DNA from: the human T2T-CHM13v2.0 reference genome, Homo sapiens
Reading direction: 5' to 3' (one strand)
NCBI RefSeq assembly: GCF_009914755.1
Contig: NC_060932.1
DNA length: 64,000 bases
Both the position numbers and the translations under genes were made by a program. The notes under the pieces are model-generated. The model worked only from the letters and a program-made list of their open reading frames with translations, did not search any database and was not told where the DNA came from. Below, piece after piece: positions 46,020 to 61,335 of this stretch (position 1 is the first letter of the stretch; every line of letters starts with the position of its first letter).

Positions 46020-46980
46020 TGTTATAACCCACGTCTTACAGATGACAAAATGGAGGATCAGGAGAAAGCTGAGCATGGTGGTTTACAGCATGGACTCCGA
46101 AGTAAAGGAAACTAGGATTGAATCCTGGCTCCACCTCCGTCAGATTACTTGATCTGTCTTTGCTCAGCTTCCATATCTATAAAATGGAACTAATGAAACC
46201 TTAGTAATTAGGTCTTATGGTTGCCGAAAGAATTAAGTGAGTTTATATATATGTTAACTTAGTAAGAAACATTCACAAGGAGTCCTTCAGATCTCTCTCC
46301 CATGGGTTTTAAGGTTTTAAGTCCCCTGGCCTTCTACTCTTAGGGTGGGCTCCATCTGTTAATGCCCAAAGTAAGGCAGCAGAATTGGCTCATGCAATCA
46401 ACCACATATGGAGGCCATCTAATTGGAAATTTTTCATCAAACTCTGTTTTCTCTTTGCTAAAATGGTGCTAAGAATAGTCTCAATATCATAGAGATGTCA
46501 TAAGGATCACGTGAGGCTCACATGCATAGTGCCTGGCATATGATATTTAATGCATGTTATTAACTGCTATTATTATTACTAATATAATATTTAATATCAA
46601 TTATTATTTTACTATCACCTAACCTTTCAAAACTATACCAATTTCCTTTCCATTCTATTCTTATCAAAGAAAGAAAAGAAAAAAATTATCTGTCCCTACT
46701 TTTCATAAGAAGAATTTATAAGAACTCTTCAACCACATCTACTTATTTTCTGTCTGCAGACTCAACTACTGTCTTCACTATGCCATTACATTGCCGCCCA
46801 TGTACTAGCACGCAAAGCACCTGGAATCACATCAGGAGGCCTATTTCCTGATCCCTAATCCAGCAGTAATTTACTGTGTGACCTTAAGCAAATCACTTGG
46901 CATTTCAATTCCCCAGTTTCTTCATCTGTTAAAAGCAACATGATCGAACTAAAGTCTCTTTTACTGCTAAAATCACGTGT
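46020..46980. mobile_element. Cluster of MIR fragments
   Basis: ggattgaatcctggctccac...catatctataaaatgg; gtgaccttaagcaaatcactt...cagtttcttcatctgt. Confidence 0.65.
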
Positions 46981-47434
46981 GTAAAATCTCTCCATATGTA
47001 TAGCCATATATTTATCTCTCCATCATAAATATTTTTATTATTTAAAGCCACTTTGTAATTAGCTCAGTAAAATCTTTATTTCTATTTTCCTATGAGGTAG
47101 CACACAGCGTCCTGCAGGGAGTTACCAGCAGAGACAGAATTAGAAAGTGCAGACCTTGGCCTTCAGTCTCTGATTTAGCTCAGATCCCATCCCTGCTTAA
47201 TCATCCAAACCTAACATTCTACTAAAGAACTCGCTGGACCTGTGGGAGTGCTCAGAGGTGTGAGGGGAGTGGTGCTCCACCTTTCTCAGTTCTCAGGGAT
47301 GCTCTTGTCATTCTTTTATCCAAATGTCCCTGCATTACTTTGCGTCAGACATTTTTCAAAAATAGCTCAAAACTTCTCAAAAGTATTTTCAATAGCTCTC
47401 AAAAATATGTATCTTAATTTACACATATGTACAT

Positions 47435-47491
47435 GTAGGAAGGTGAAAAAAGTGGTAGGAAGGTGAAAAAAGTGGTAGGAAGGTGAAAAAA
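47435..47491. repeat. Perfect 20-bp tandem repeat, about 2.85 copies
   Basis: Unit gtaggaaggtgaaaaaagtg. Confidence 0.95.
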
Positions 47492-48260
47492 TGTTAAATT
47501 CTGTCTGACTTGTAGCAATATGACATTTGATACCTTTAGTGCCTTTAAAATGCATACATTTGGAAGCTACAATGTATTGTTCCCCTGTGGCCAAGAGTCC
47601 AGATTTCCCTTTATTCTTCATGCTTAGGTTTTTATTAATAGAAGCCTGATAAGTCTCGTCTTTATAATATTGGCAAGGCTTAAAAGCTTGACCAAGGGCT
47701 TTTAAGATTTGATGGGACTTTGGGTAAAAACACAGACTTGTGTTTAGGGAAATACAATGATTTCTCAGAATCCATCTTATCCAAAGGGGAATTCTTGGCC
47801 TAAACTTCTGGCAGGGTCATTGTGAATTCATTCACAAAGGGCCTGATAGCCTGGGAGAGACAGAGGTCTGCATACACCTTGGAAAACCCCTGGGGCTTTT
47901 GGACACAGCACAGGTTTCTCCTCTGTTCCCCACCTTGTGTCAGGCCACTCAACCTCAACATGCTGGCGGGTCACGTAATTATAATGCTGCCTTCCTCTGT
48001 GGATTGAGTGGGTATGTGTGTGATGCGGGGGTCAGGGGGCAGCAGGGCTTGTGCTGAGCACACTTACTTCCTTCTCTTTATTTTATGTAGTATCAGTGTA
48101 TCTCAAACATAGCATGAAGACAACTGGTATTTTATAAGATCATTTTAGGTGACGTTTGGATAAACACTTTATATATTAATAATATACATTTTAAAATGAA
48201 TATTAGAAAATATTTGGCCTTTGAGGGAGGCACTATTATAATTCCCACTTAAAAAAAAAA

Positions 48261-48548
48261 TTTATTTAGAGATGGGGTCTCAGTCTCTTGCCAAGGCTGG
48301 AGTGCAGTGGTGTCATCATAGCTCACTGCAGCCTCGAACTCCTGAGCTCAAGTGATCCTTCTGCTTCAGCCTCCTGAGTAGCTCAGACTAAAAATTAGCC
48401 ACTACACCTGGCTAATTTTTTATTTTTTGTAGAGATGGGGTCTTGCATTGTTGCCCAGGCTGGCCTTAAACTCCTGGCCTCAAGTCATCCTTCCCTACCT
48501 CAACCTCTCAAAGTGCTGGGATTACCGACATGAGCCACCTGCCGAGCC
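48261..48548 (-). mobile_element. AluJ
   Basis: catagctcactgcagcctcgaactcctgagctcaag. Confidence 0.92.
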
Positions 48549-48566
48549 AATCCCTATTTAAATATG

Positions 48567-48859
48567 TGCTGGGTGTGGTGTGCCAGCACTTTGGGAGGTT
48601 GAGGCAGGAGGATCACTTGAGCTCAGGAGTTCGAGACCAGCCTGGGCAACATGGTGACACCCCATCTCTACTAAAAATATAAAGAAATAGCCAGACATGG
48701 TGGCACACACCTGGGGTCCCAGCTACTGAAGAGTTTGAGTGGGAGGATCACTTGAGCCAGGGAGGTGGAGGTTGCAGTAAGCCATGATTGTACCACTGCA
48801 CTCCAGTCTGGGCAACAGAGTGAGACCCCGTCTTAAAAAATAGATAAATAAATAAGAAA
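48567..48859 (+). mobile_element. AluJ with small 5' deletion
   Basis: gaggatcacttgagctcaggagttcgagaccagcctgggcaacatgg. Confidence 0.92.
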
Positions 48860-48967
48860 GCTCGGGCACAGAGAGGTTATACAGAAGTTAGCTAACATAC
48901 CCAAGCTTCCTCAGCTACACAATACTCTCATAGAAGGCAGAAGGCAAGCTGCCTAAATGCTGCAAGA

Positions 48968-49105
48968 AGCCTCTTTTAAAAGGGTCTTAATCCCATTAAG
49001 GAGGGAGTAGGCCTCATGCCCTAATCACCTCTTAAAGGCATCACCTCTTAATACTATCACATTGGCAACACCTGAATTTTGGAGGGGACACATTCAAACC
49101 ATAGT
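48968..49105 (-). mobile_element. MST-type MaLR LTR fragment
   Basis: ctaatcacctcttaaagg...cctcttaatactatcacattggcaacacctgaattttggaggggacacattcaaaccatag. Confidence 0.8.
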
Positions 49106-49764
49106 GATAAGGAATGCAGATATGGCCCAAATCAGGAAGGTGGCATCTTTTAATGATGTTATCCATGTTTAGGAGCATGTTTTGATCACTGAAATAGCCA
49201 AGTCCCCTCTGATGAGATCTTCTCCCTGTGTTGTCTTCACTGATAAAGCAGCCACTCAATGGTAGCCTTGATGACCCTGTGGTTGAAGAGGGCAATGATG
49301 GTAGCTGCCAGGCCACAGTCCACCCAGGACTGCTCTTCTCACCTCCCACCTCAGGGTCACCAGAAGAATTCAAGAAGCACTTGAATTTCCTCCTGCAAGT
49401 TAAAGTAGAAGTTGTCCCGTCAGCATTTTCCCTTTCTGCTGTGGCTGGGCTCCCCCAGGGCAGCAACTGACCTGTTTTTCCCACAGAACGCCTGCCACAG
49501 GTGAGGAGTTCTCCAGCCAGCAATTTAGTAAGTAGCAACATTGAGGGGCGGTGGGGGCAAATGGAAGAGGCTGCGTGGGAGACTAGGCTTTCACCTGCTG
49601 CTTCTCAGGCTCTCCTGGCACCAGAGAGCTCTGGGGAAAGCAAGGAGGAAGCTGAAGGGCCAGAGCAGGGGGACAAGGTAAGACGGACCCAACAGTTTCA
49701 CTTGCAGAGGAATGTGGAGTGGTGATGCTCATGGTCAGGGATCTTCCTCTCCCCTCTTCTCTCC

Positions 49765-50069
49765 TTTCCTTTCCTTTTTGCTTTTTGAGACAGGGTCTCA
49801 CTCTGTCACCCAAGCTGGAGTGCAGTAGTGCCATCGTGGCTCACTGCAGCCTCGAACTCTTGGGTTCAAGTGATCCTCCCACCTCAGACTCACGAGTAGC
49901 TAGGACCACAGGCATGCACCACCATGCCCAGCTAATTTTGTTTATGTTTTGTAGAGACAGGCTCTCCTTATATTGCCCAGGTTTGTCTCGAACTCCTGGA
50001 CTCAAGAAGTCCTCCCGCCTTGGCCTCCCAAATTATTGGGATTACAGTCGTGAGGCACTGCTCCCAGCC
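49765..50069 (-). mobile_element. AluJ
   Basis: Full diverged dimer. Confidence 0.92.
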
Positions 50070-50254
50070 TGGGATGTTTTTTTAAATAATTGGGAAGAAG
50101 TTTGTAGTAGCTTGTTGCAGCTAATTTGTTTTTATCAGAACTAATATGTTTTCTCTCAAGGCCAGTAAGTGGAAAGGGCCACTTCTTCCTGCTGCCCACC
50201 TTCAACAATTCTATTCCTTTACTAAGTGGGAAATAACAATGACACTAATGATGA

Positions 50255-50475
50255 TGAGGCACCATTTATTGAGCGTGGTACTAAACATGTTACCAATATC
50301 ACCTTCATCATCATATTAATGCCACACTTTATAGAAAAGGACACCGAGGCTTAGAGAAGTTTAGTGACCTGTCCAAGGTCACACAGCACAGCCAGTAAGT
50401 GGTGGGGCTAGGATAGGAATCCAAGTGGTCTGACCACAGCCTAGTGCTCTTTCATCACACCACGACTGCCTCTGG
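50255..50475 (-). mobile_element. MIR SINE
   Basis: catttattgagc...gaggcttagagaagtttagtgacctgtccaaggtcacacagc. Confidence 0.8.
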
Positions 50476-50542
50476 TTGGATACTGTCGTTTTCCACCCTG
50501 TGTGAAATGTTGTTTTGTTGTAGTTTTAAGCAATGAAAATCA

Positions 50543-50840
<298 letters not shown>

Positions 50841-52586
50841 TCAGGAAGTAAATACATGAGTATGCGTGAGAATGTCAGGCCGGAGCATCACAGAGTGCCA
50901 TGAATGGAATGCAAGTGAGCTTGTGAGTGCGGCTGCCATGCAAGGGAGAGGCTGGGCAGGGAGATGGATGACGTTGGGATAGATCCCACATGGAGCTTTC
51001 AAGGTCAGTGCAGATGGCCTGTTAGCCCTCTGAGGTAGAACCCCGGGCACAAAGACCCAGGCATTTTCCATCACACTTGGACACCATCTCACATGTGACC
51101 ACCATGAACCTTTCCTGGCTTTGGGATCCCCCATTCACCTAGGAAAAACATGTCTGCCAGCAATCAAAAGATGGGCTTTCCTGCCGTCAATGCCAGTGAG
51201 TATGTGAATAAATGCAGAGCAGAGAACTGGGGGTCACACAGAACCCCACCTCCTACAACGCCCACTGCCATGTACTAGTTGATAGACCTAGAGAGAGGTA
51301 CCTCTCCTTTCTGTGCCTGTTTTTGCGTCAATTAAATGGGGGTAATAACACCCGTCACAGTGGGATAGTTTGAGCATTAGCATTTAGATGAGAAAACCTG
51401 TAATAACAGTGTGGCAAACCTATAGCAGACCATGAATAAGCTGTAGCCATTGTTGTTGACAATGGATGGGACAAGGTCCTCATGATGTGGAAAGGAATGT
51501 CTAGAGCCCGTTAGAGGCTCTTCCTAGGAAAGGTGGGGAACGAGTTTTCCGCTGAGTAGGGCAGGAGCAAGGGAAGGACTGATGTGATGCAAGGGAGGCT
51601 GGCGACCTTGAGCAGACTCTCCTTCCAGTCTCATCCCCAAATCTAACTTGCTGCCACATAATCAGTCATTGATCTCATGGTGCTGGGAAAAGAGTGGCAA
51701 AGTGGAAGAATAAAAACCTTCCAGGAATTAGTCTCTTTTTACTCTCTTTTTTCATATTGCTTCTGTTCTTTAGAAAAATTCAAAATAAAAAGTCGAAATT
51801 CACATCTGGGGCTTCACACAGTAGATGCAAATCCACTCTGCTGAGGACAGCATATGCCTATATGTTTTGCTGAAATTTCAGTCGTTCCCGTGGCTGTTTC
51901 AGCACTTGAGCTGGTTCTCAGAAGATCCTGCTGTGGAGCAGTGTGCTGTTAACCACCAGCAGCACGGTCTTTGCCTCAGACTCCTTGGTCAGCAAAGTAG
52001 AGCAAAGGTAATGTGATCTGGTGAATAAGAAACAGCTCGAGATGAAAGGAATGAACATTTTCAGAATGCCTTGGCTATAGGGAGTCACGTGCCCTCTTTC
52101 GAAGAGTCTGTGCTCTTTGTTGGTCTCTGGCCTCTCCCTGGGTGGGACAATACACTGGCCACACAGGCTGCTAGGAGTGGAGGAATGATCTTTGCCACAA
52201 TCTCTTATTTCCTAGGGCAGACACACAGATATCTGAAAATGCCCGACTTGGTGAGCATGCTTCCAGCTGCTGGTGACAGCCTGGAGTGCAACCTTGTACT
52301 CTAGGGTCCAAGGAGAGGGAGCCTTGAAAGCCACTGGCAGATGGCAAACATGTCTAAGGCATCTTCACCCATCACCTCTGGGAGGAAGCAGTGTGGATGG
52401 AGGCCCTTTGGACAGAACAAGTGGGCCTGTCATACCAGGGAGAAGTGGGTCCTTCCTGCCATTTCCTCTTTGTCTCATTTTAGAGAAGAGAATGGCATTC
52501 AGCCTTCGTAAACTTCATATTTTCTTTTTCTTACAATATCTGTGTTAAAGGTGTTGCCTGTTGTCAATCTAAAAGTTTAGGAGCCT

Positions 52587-53034
<448 letters not shown>

Positions 53035-53479
53035 TCACTGGGAGTCATGGACCATGTCACTTAATAGAATTCCTCTTTTTTGGAGCCCATCACCTTATTA
53101 ACAGGAAAGGCATTTGACTGGGTGTCTGTGTTTCTCCCTCGACAGAGATTACATCCAGCTCCCCATCATCCCAGCTAAAGAAATGCAGCCGTGGTGTGGA
53201 CAATCGAAAGTGGCAAATAATTTAAAACTGTGTGTGCCTTTTGCTTTCTAACTTTGAGTGTTTTGGGGGAGGGCATGGGAGTAGGGTTAAGAGTTTCTGA
53301 ATTACACATTTTCCTTTCCAATATTAAAAATAGGTTAGTATGCACCTTCAGTGCAATCCTAGTGACCCCAGGGAAGGAGAACTTGAGAATGCCCTTGAGG
53401 CTGGTGCGGTGTGGAGTCACTTCTGCTGGAAACCTCCAAAGCAGATGCAGCTCAATCTTTCAATAATGGGGGTGGATGT

Positions 53480-54236
<757 letters not shown>

Positions 54237-55306
54237 GTACTTTCTAAGTGTCCCTTCCTCCAAAGCCTCCATCACCTTCCCTGTACCCTCCTCTATTTCC
54301 GTCACTCTTGGCTTATCCATTAATGGAGGGCATTTAGGGAGAGATAATTTTGTGCTTCTACTCTTCAGTTTTTTCTAGGTCAGCAACAACTGCCCACTGC
54401 TGTGGGCTAGGCTGGCCTGCTCTACACTGTGACCATCACAGGTGCCAATGACATAATATAAATATCAAAGTCATCATTATTATGAAATAGCATTTACATA
54501 GCTTACAAAGCACAGTCAACTCTTATTTTCTTGCTCCTTCAACCTGTTCCAGAAAGTTAGTATAGAAAGCAGATTGCAAACAGATAACTAGGATGTTTTT
54601 GATAAGTGAATAATTTGTTCCTCTTGAATAAGAGGTAACTTCAGCTAAATATGTCTTATAAGAAAACTGCCTTAGAGATTGCAGGGACTGGGGAAAATTA
54701 AACATTGCTTGTCTCCACTATCACCATTTCTCTGTAGTTGCAATATTGGAATAAACATGAGATGTGCTGAACACCCATTATGATATGTTGGAAGGAGCAC
54801 TTGCCTGAGAGTCAGACGTCTGGGGCCTGAGCCTGGTTCTGCTATAAGGAAACAGTACAGCTTCGGGAAGCTCACTGTTGATTCTCTGAGTTAAATTTTC
54901 CTTATCTGTAAAGAAAATAAGGTGCACTAAAATTTCCTCTTGCTCCAAATCCTAGTGACTTTAGTCTTGTAGCAGAAAATATACCACCAAAGTGCAGGAT
55001 GCTGCTATGGTAGAGGGGGTGAGTAGGCACGACAGAGGCATACAAAGTTCACACCCATGCTTTGGTGAGGGTGGGACCTGGCGTTTTGAGGAAGATTATG
55101 CTATTTCCAACCTCTATTTCCTTTCACATATCCATCCACCAGGAATATCCTTCCCCTATCTCATCTCTGACTACCTGGTAAGCTCCTATGCATGCTTCAA
55201 GACCTCTTGTTCAGGTACCACCCTCCCTGTTAGGTCACCTGGAGTTGCTGATTCCCTCCCCAGAGTTAAGACCATCCACTTATCATCCACTTACCTATTA
55301 ATCTAT

Positions 55307-55676
55307 TACTATGGGCTGATTTGTGTACCCACATATTCATATGTGAAGCCTTAACTCCCAATGTGATGGTCTTTGGAGATAGGGCCTTTGGGAGTTCATT
55401 AGGTTTAGATGAAGTTGAGAGTGGAGCCTTGGTCCTGTGGGATTAGCCCTTATAAGAAGGGACACTAGTGAACTCACTCTGTCTCTCTGTCTTATGAAGA
55501 CACAGCAAGAAGGCAGCTGTCTGCAAGCAAGGAAGAGGACCCTCACCAGAACCTTACAATACAGGCACTCTGACCTTGGATTTCCATCCTCCAGAACCCA
55601 AAGAAAATTAATTTCTGTTGTTTAAACCACCCAGTCTATGGTATTTTTGCTACAGCGCCCCAAGCTGATTAAGACA
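55307..55676 (+). mobile_element. MLT1A/MST-type MaLR solo LTR inserted in L2
   Basis: About 370 bp, tactatgggctga...ccacccagtctatggtattt...taagaca; 5-bp TSD tct(a/g)t; L2 sequence on both sides. Confidence 0.85.
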
Positions 55677-55899
55677 TCTGTTCATGGGCTGCCTCTCCTA
55701 CCACGCTGTGAGGACCTTTGGGATGCAGCTCCAGCTCAGTTAACTCTGCATCCTCAGAGGCGCACTCAGTACCTGGCGTCTAGTAGATGCTCAATAAATA
55801 TGTCTACAGTAAATGAATAAATACATGGCTATCAGCCCCCATTGTTTCCTTGGCACCTATTCTGAAGAAGTTCATGTTCTAGCGGTGATAAACAGGCAA

Positions 55900-56990
55900 C
55901 TTAAAAAGATGAGAAAACCATCTCATTTTGATAAATGCTATGTAGTAGATTAGAACTGGCAAACATGATGAAATAGCAAACAACTCAGTGGTGACTTTGG
56001 ATGGTTTGAGACAGCCTCTCTGAGAAATTGACACAAGCTGAGACCTTGATAAGAAGCAGCCAACCTGTCAGAGCAAAGAGGGTAGCAGACCTGTCAAGCA
56101 AAAGCTGTAAAGCAAGAATGAATTTAGCAAGTGTGAGGAATAGTAAGAGGGTCAGTATGGCTGCAGTGGAATGGATGAGGGAGAGAATGGATGGGGGCCT
56201 GGTCGGGGCTGGCCAGGACATGATCCTGCCAGGGTAAGGAGCATGATTGCAGCAGGGCAGGAAGGCAAGCAGGGAGGTTAGTGACCAGCCCAGGAACAAG
56301 ATAAAGGGGCGTGGATTGGGGTGGTACCAGTGGAGATGGAGAGAGATGGGTGGATCCAAGGCAAGTGTTTAAGATGTGGTTGACAGGACAGGCTCATGGA
56401 TTAGATGGAAGTGGCAGGAGGTGAGCGGAAGGAGGCTGCAAAGGAAAGAACAACTGAAGATAACTCCTAGAAGCAAGACCAAGAAGCAGGCTCTTTTGAG
56501 TGAGGGGTGGGGAGTAAGAATTCAGGGTATTTTTCTGGCCACAGGAAGTATGGAATGACCATTAGGCACTTAAGTGGCAATGTCCAATAGGAAGTTGGAT
56601 ACCTCAGTGTGACATTCTTGGAGAAGGTCAAGGCTGGTGATACAGATTTGGGCATCGTTGGCTTCCAGATGGCACCTGAAGCCCTGGGACTGGATAGAAT
56701 CACCCTGGGGGAGGATGAAAGGGAGGGAAGGAAGCACACAGCCCTGAGAAAGAGCATGAAGAGACATCAAAGGCCAAGGAGGGGCCAGTGAGAAACGGGG
56801 AGGAGGGCAAGGTGCTGTCGCAGAGGCCAGGAGAGGAGAGGGCCCGCGGCTGTGTTGAGCATTTCAGACAGGTCACGTAGAATCATTGTCACGGAGGAGC
56901 AGCCACTGGGTTTGCCACGTGCAGATCATTAGTGACCAGGTGATGAGGGCCAAGGAGACACAACAAGACAAGGAAGCAAAACACACTACA
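55900..56990 (-). mobile_element. L2 LINE, long fragment
   Basis: cagtatggctgcagtggaatg...tgtccaataggaagttggata...ggctggtgatacagatttggg...ctggatagaatcacc. Confidence 0.75.
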
Positions 56991-57277
56991 GACAACTTCT
57001 TCCAAAAGTGTCACATTATCTGATTGAATTGTCATAATCATGATATGAGGGAGATGCTGTTCTCACCCCATATAAAGATGAGAAAATGGAGATCTGGGAG
57101 CAGAAGATCAGCTGGGATTGCAGGTGGTTTTTGACTCAGAATTTGAGCTCTTAGCCACTATCATTTCTTGCTTCTCACTCTGCTCCACTCCAATCTCACA
57201 GCAGCCTTGGGGTAAGAATTAGTCATATAGGGACATTCCCAAAGGAGGAAAGAAAACAAGTGAAGGGTGATTTCTCT

Positions 57278-57288
57278 TGTTTGTTTGT

Positions 57289-57328
<40 letters not shown>

Positions 57329-57592
57329 GGGTCTCCCTCTGTCACCCAGGCTGGAGTACAGTGCCATTATCATAGCTCACTGCAGCCTCAAACTCCTGGG
57401 TTCGAGTGATCCTCCACTTCAGCCTCCTCAGTACTGGGGACAACAGGTGCATACTACCATGCCCGTCTAATTTTTTTAATGTTTTTGTAGAGATGGGGTC
57501 TTGCTACATTGCCCTGGCTGGTCTCAAACTCCTGGTCTCAAGCAAACCTCCTGCCTTGGCCTCCCAAAGTGATGTGAGCCACTGCGCCTGGC
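57278..57592 (-). mobile_element. AluJ with (TTTA)n tail
   Basis: Dimer; TSD-like atttctctt. Confidence 0.92.
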
Positions 57593-59479
57593 TGAATTTC
57601 TCTTTATAATGGCAGTAACCAGGCGCTGTCTGGAGGCAGTCTCCTCCCTACGCCTGAAGTCCCCTCCCCAGGGATGATGTCATCTGTGCCAGTACAGGTA
57701 TAGACTGTGCAATTGCCTTTCCAATCTTTCCTTTAATAACTCCAAATTCTGCCTATTTGCCATCTCCTTATCTTAAGCAAACTGCCCAGAATCTAGGAAG
57801 AAAAACAGCTACATTCCCAGGGATCAGATTTAGCCTTGAGGAATGCAGACACCCGAGGCGCAGGCCTTGAAACAGCCCAGCAAGGAGAAGGATTGAGCAC
57901 AGACATGTTCTACCCTTGAAATAATAACATTCAATTGTACCTTGCCACACTTTCCGTCCAAGTTATTGCAAAAGAAATGGCCAGTCAGAGAGATGCTCAA
58001 GGGGAACAAAGCACGGGCTGGGACCCCACACGTTACTCTACACGTTATTCTAGAAGGAGCTGCAGCCCCATTCTTTGTAAAAACTGCTTCATGGGAAACA
58101 TAAGGCTTATTCTTCTTTTGTGAAAGGAGAGCTCAGTAACCCTGTCAGAGACATCTCTTTGGGCTGAGTTTCCTCAAATATAAAATGAAATACAAAGACT
58201 CAATATCTGTTTTCAGAATTCTGCCCACCCCCACTCCCCTGCCCTGCCACCAAGCATGGGCTTCTTTTTTAAACCCAAAATTTACCTGGAATGCCTATAA
58301 ATGTATGTCTATATGAAAAGCCTGTGTCACCCCCACCTAAATCAAGAATATCAGAGTATTTTTTAAAAGTTTAAGTACAGAATCTAGTGCCATTCCTCCT
58401 GGATAGAAATGAAGGTCCATTTATAGTGAGTGAAATTTCACCTACAAGGCAGACAGCCTCAGGGCAGGCAGAGAAGCACCATAATTGTGGGGCCCAGTGG
58501 GTTCCAAGGGGCAAGGCCCACAGCCAGACTTAGAGAATAAAGGTTATTCCAAATGGTGCAAGGTCTGCTAAGAGGAGAAATGGCATCCTTAGATACGAAG
58601 CTGCATGGTTTCCAATAGAAACTAGCAAAGTGCTTTTGCCAAGGTTACTGCCCAGCCTCCTCCTCAAAATGTCTCTTTCTACTAGGAGGCTGAACTGCAA
58701 GAGGGGCGCCCAGTGCAGCTGAGTGGGCTCAGTGCCCCCACAGCTCTCCCTGCAAACTCCAAGAAAAACCTCAGAGCATCCAAAGCAACCTGAGGGCCAG
58801 TGAGTAGAACCAAGGGTCAGAACCTCATCCTCCCCATTTACAGAAGATGGAGAGTCGGGGAAGTGGGGCAGTAAGGCCCAGAGTAAGATTTGAAGAGGGT
58901 AAAGAAGGGGCAGTTCTCTTCTGGAGAGAAAATGAGGTGGGGAAGGGAGGTGGACACCATGGGGCCGGGGCCTTCTCTTTGCAGACAGAAGGAGTTGGAA
59001 GGGCCTTCTATGGCAAAGTCCAGGAGAACACCTGAGCTAGAGAGAGGGCCAGGTTTTGTCCTGCCTTTTTTCCATTCTGCCACTTACCTGGCCCTTTGGC
59101 CTTTTGGTAAAGAGTCCCTAGACTGTGGTTCTGCCTGATTGGCCTAGGGGAAACCTGTGAGTCTGGCTACCTGGGAAAGGCACATGCTGCCAGTACCAGT
59201 TACCGTTCGGAAGAGCTCCAGAGGAGAAGGAATTGCATCGCTCTGCCTGCCCCACCATATGGAATCAGGAGACACACTACTGATCTGTCATGGCATGGAT
59301 GGTGGCAGACACTTGGAGATAAAAAAGAAGGGGCCGTGCCACGCTGGGGTAAACTTGGAGGAACTCTGGTTGAACTGTAGGTGGGGAAGCCTTGAGCCTT
59401 TCTTGTGTGGCCAAGAGGATGCTAGAAGGCTTACAGGCTGCTACTGGGATGGTATGGTAGGCACAGCAGTACGGATCGG

Positions 59480-59705
59480 GCACAGCATGGTGGTGGAGCA
59501 TGGCATCTAGAACCAGGCTGCCAGAGTGTGAGTCCCAGCTCAGCCACTTACAGCTCTGTGGTCTGAGACTAGTTTTTGGCCTCTCTTGGTGTCTTTCCTT
59601 ATTATTAATAGTAATAAGCTATAGAATTATCTCAAAGAGTTGCTAAGTATTAAATGGACTCAAACATGCAGAGTGCTTAAAAGAGTACCTGGCTGGAGTG
59701 AGCAG
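59480..59705 (+). mobile_element. MIR SINE
   Basis: gagtcccagctcagccacttacagctctgtg...gtattaaatg...agagtgctta. Confidence 0.7.
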
Positions 59706-60009
59706 GCAGCCTGTGCTGTCTATTGTCTCGGTGCTGCAAAGCTAGTACACTGCTCACCAGACTTTCTGCCATGGGGGGTTAAAGTCCCCCCAAGCCACTC
59801 CTGGGGTCCACCGCAGTTCTTGCCTCCCACTTTGTCTCCTACTGGATCCCCTAAAGAAACTTTGGGAGCCCCAGAGCTCTGTGAAACATAGGTTGAAAAG
59901 GACACCAGATGATCTTTCAGGTCTCTTTCAGGTTTAAAGGCCATGTGGTCAAGAATTCTTCCCGAAAGTGGCTTAGTCTAAACTACCACTTTAGAAGAGA
60001 AAGTGTGTC

Positions 60010-60392
<383 letters not shown>

Positions 60393-60939
60393 TAGTGGGT
60401 CCCCTCCTGACTTGTCCTGGAGCACCCCAGGCCCCCGAATGCCCCCGCTGTCCTGAGCATCCCAGCAGGCCTTCCCAGACCTTTCTCCCCAGGTACTTCT
60501 TGGGATGTTTGTGGGTCTGCTCCTCCTCTCCCAGCTTGCAGTCACACCAGGTGGGGCCAGATTAACCTTGTATTAATCATCACCAACATGCTCCTTCACA
60601 TCTTGTCCCATGTCCCTCAAATGTCACCCTCCCAGTGAGGCTCTACAGTTGAGCCTATTTAAAATGTCACCCTCTGCTCCCACCTCTCGAGGAAGGGAGG
60701 AGCAAGAGGCAGGCTACGTAGTGGTTGCTTCTTTGACGTTGAAGGAGTTGGTAATGATCCTCCGTGCTTGCACGAATGTTAAAATGCCACCCAAACCCTC
60801 TAGCTTCAACATAAATGGGTTTAGAGCCTCTGTTTCAAAACCCAGTTAACAGAAAAGAAACTGTTCCTGAGGTTGCTTGGGGTGACTCTGAAGCCCACAC
60901 ACTGAGCTGTGGCAGCTGCTCAGGGATAAAGGTCCAGAA

Positions 60940-61335
60940 TTCCAGTTCTCCATGCTGCCAGCTACATATTTGCATCACCTGGGGAGCTTTGAAAACTACT
61001 AATGTCTGAGGATAGGGTTGAGGTGTGGGGAAGCCTGGCCATCAGGATTTTAAAATCTCCCCCAGGTAATCAAATGTGCAGCCAAGATTGACAAGCACAG
61101 ACCTAGAGAGATTCAAAAGTGCTCACGTGACTTTGAAATGACCTATCCTTCTGAGATGGGCCCAGACATTAAGTTTTCAAAAACACCACCAGTGCTTCTC
61201 ATGTGCAGCTAGGGTTGAGAGAATCATGGCTTTGACCAGTGGTTCTCTAAGTGGAGTTTCCAGGCCAGCAGCATCACCTGGGAACTTGTTGGAAATGCAC
61301 ATTCCTGGACTCACCCCAGACTTCCTGAGTCAGAC
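60940..61335. mobile_element. Cluster of MER5-type fragments
   Basis: catcacctggggagcttt...ccccaggtaat...gcagccaagattga; cagtggttctc...gcatcacctgggaacttgttggaaatgca. Confidence 0.7.

Noticed and set aside
49041-50144. 166-aa and 141-aa ORFs
   Set aside because: They run into MST LTR and Alu sequence and give typical repeat-derived translations
58696-58712. CTCF-like ctgcaagaggggcgc
   Set aside because: Core spacing is off by one base
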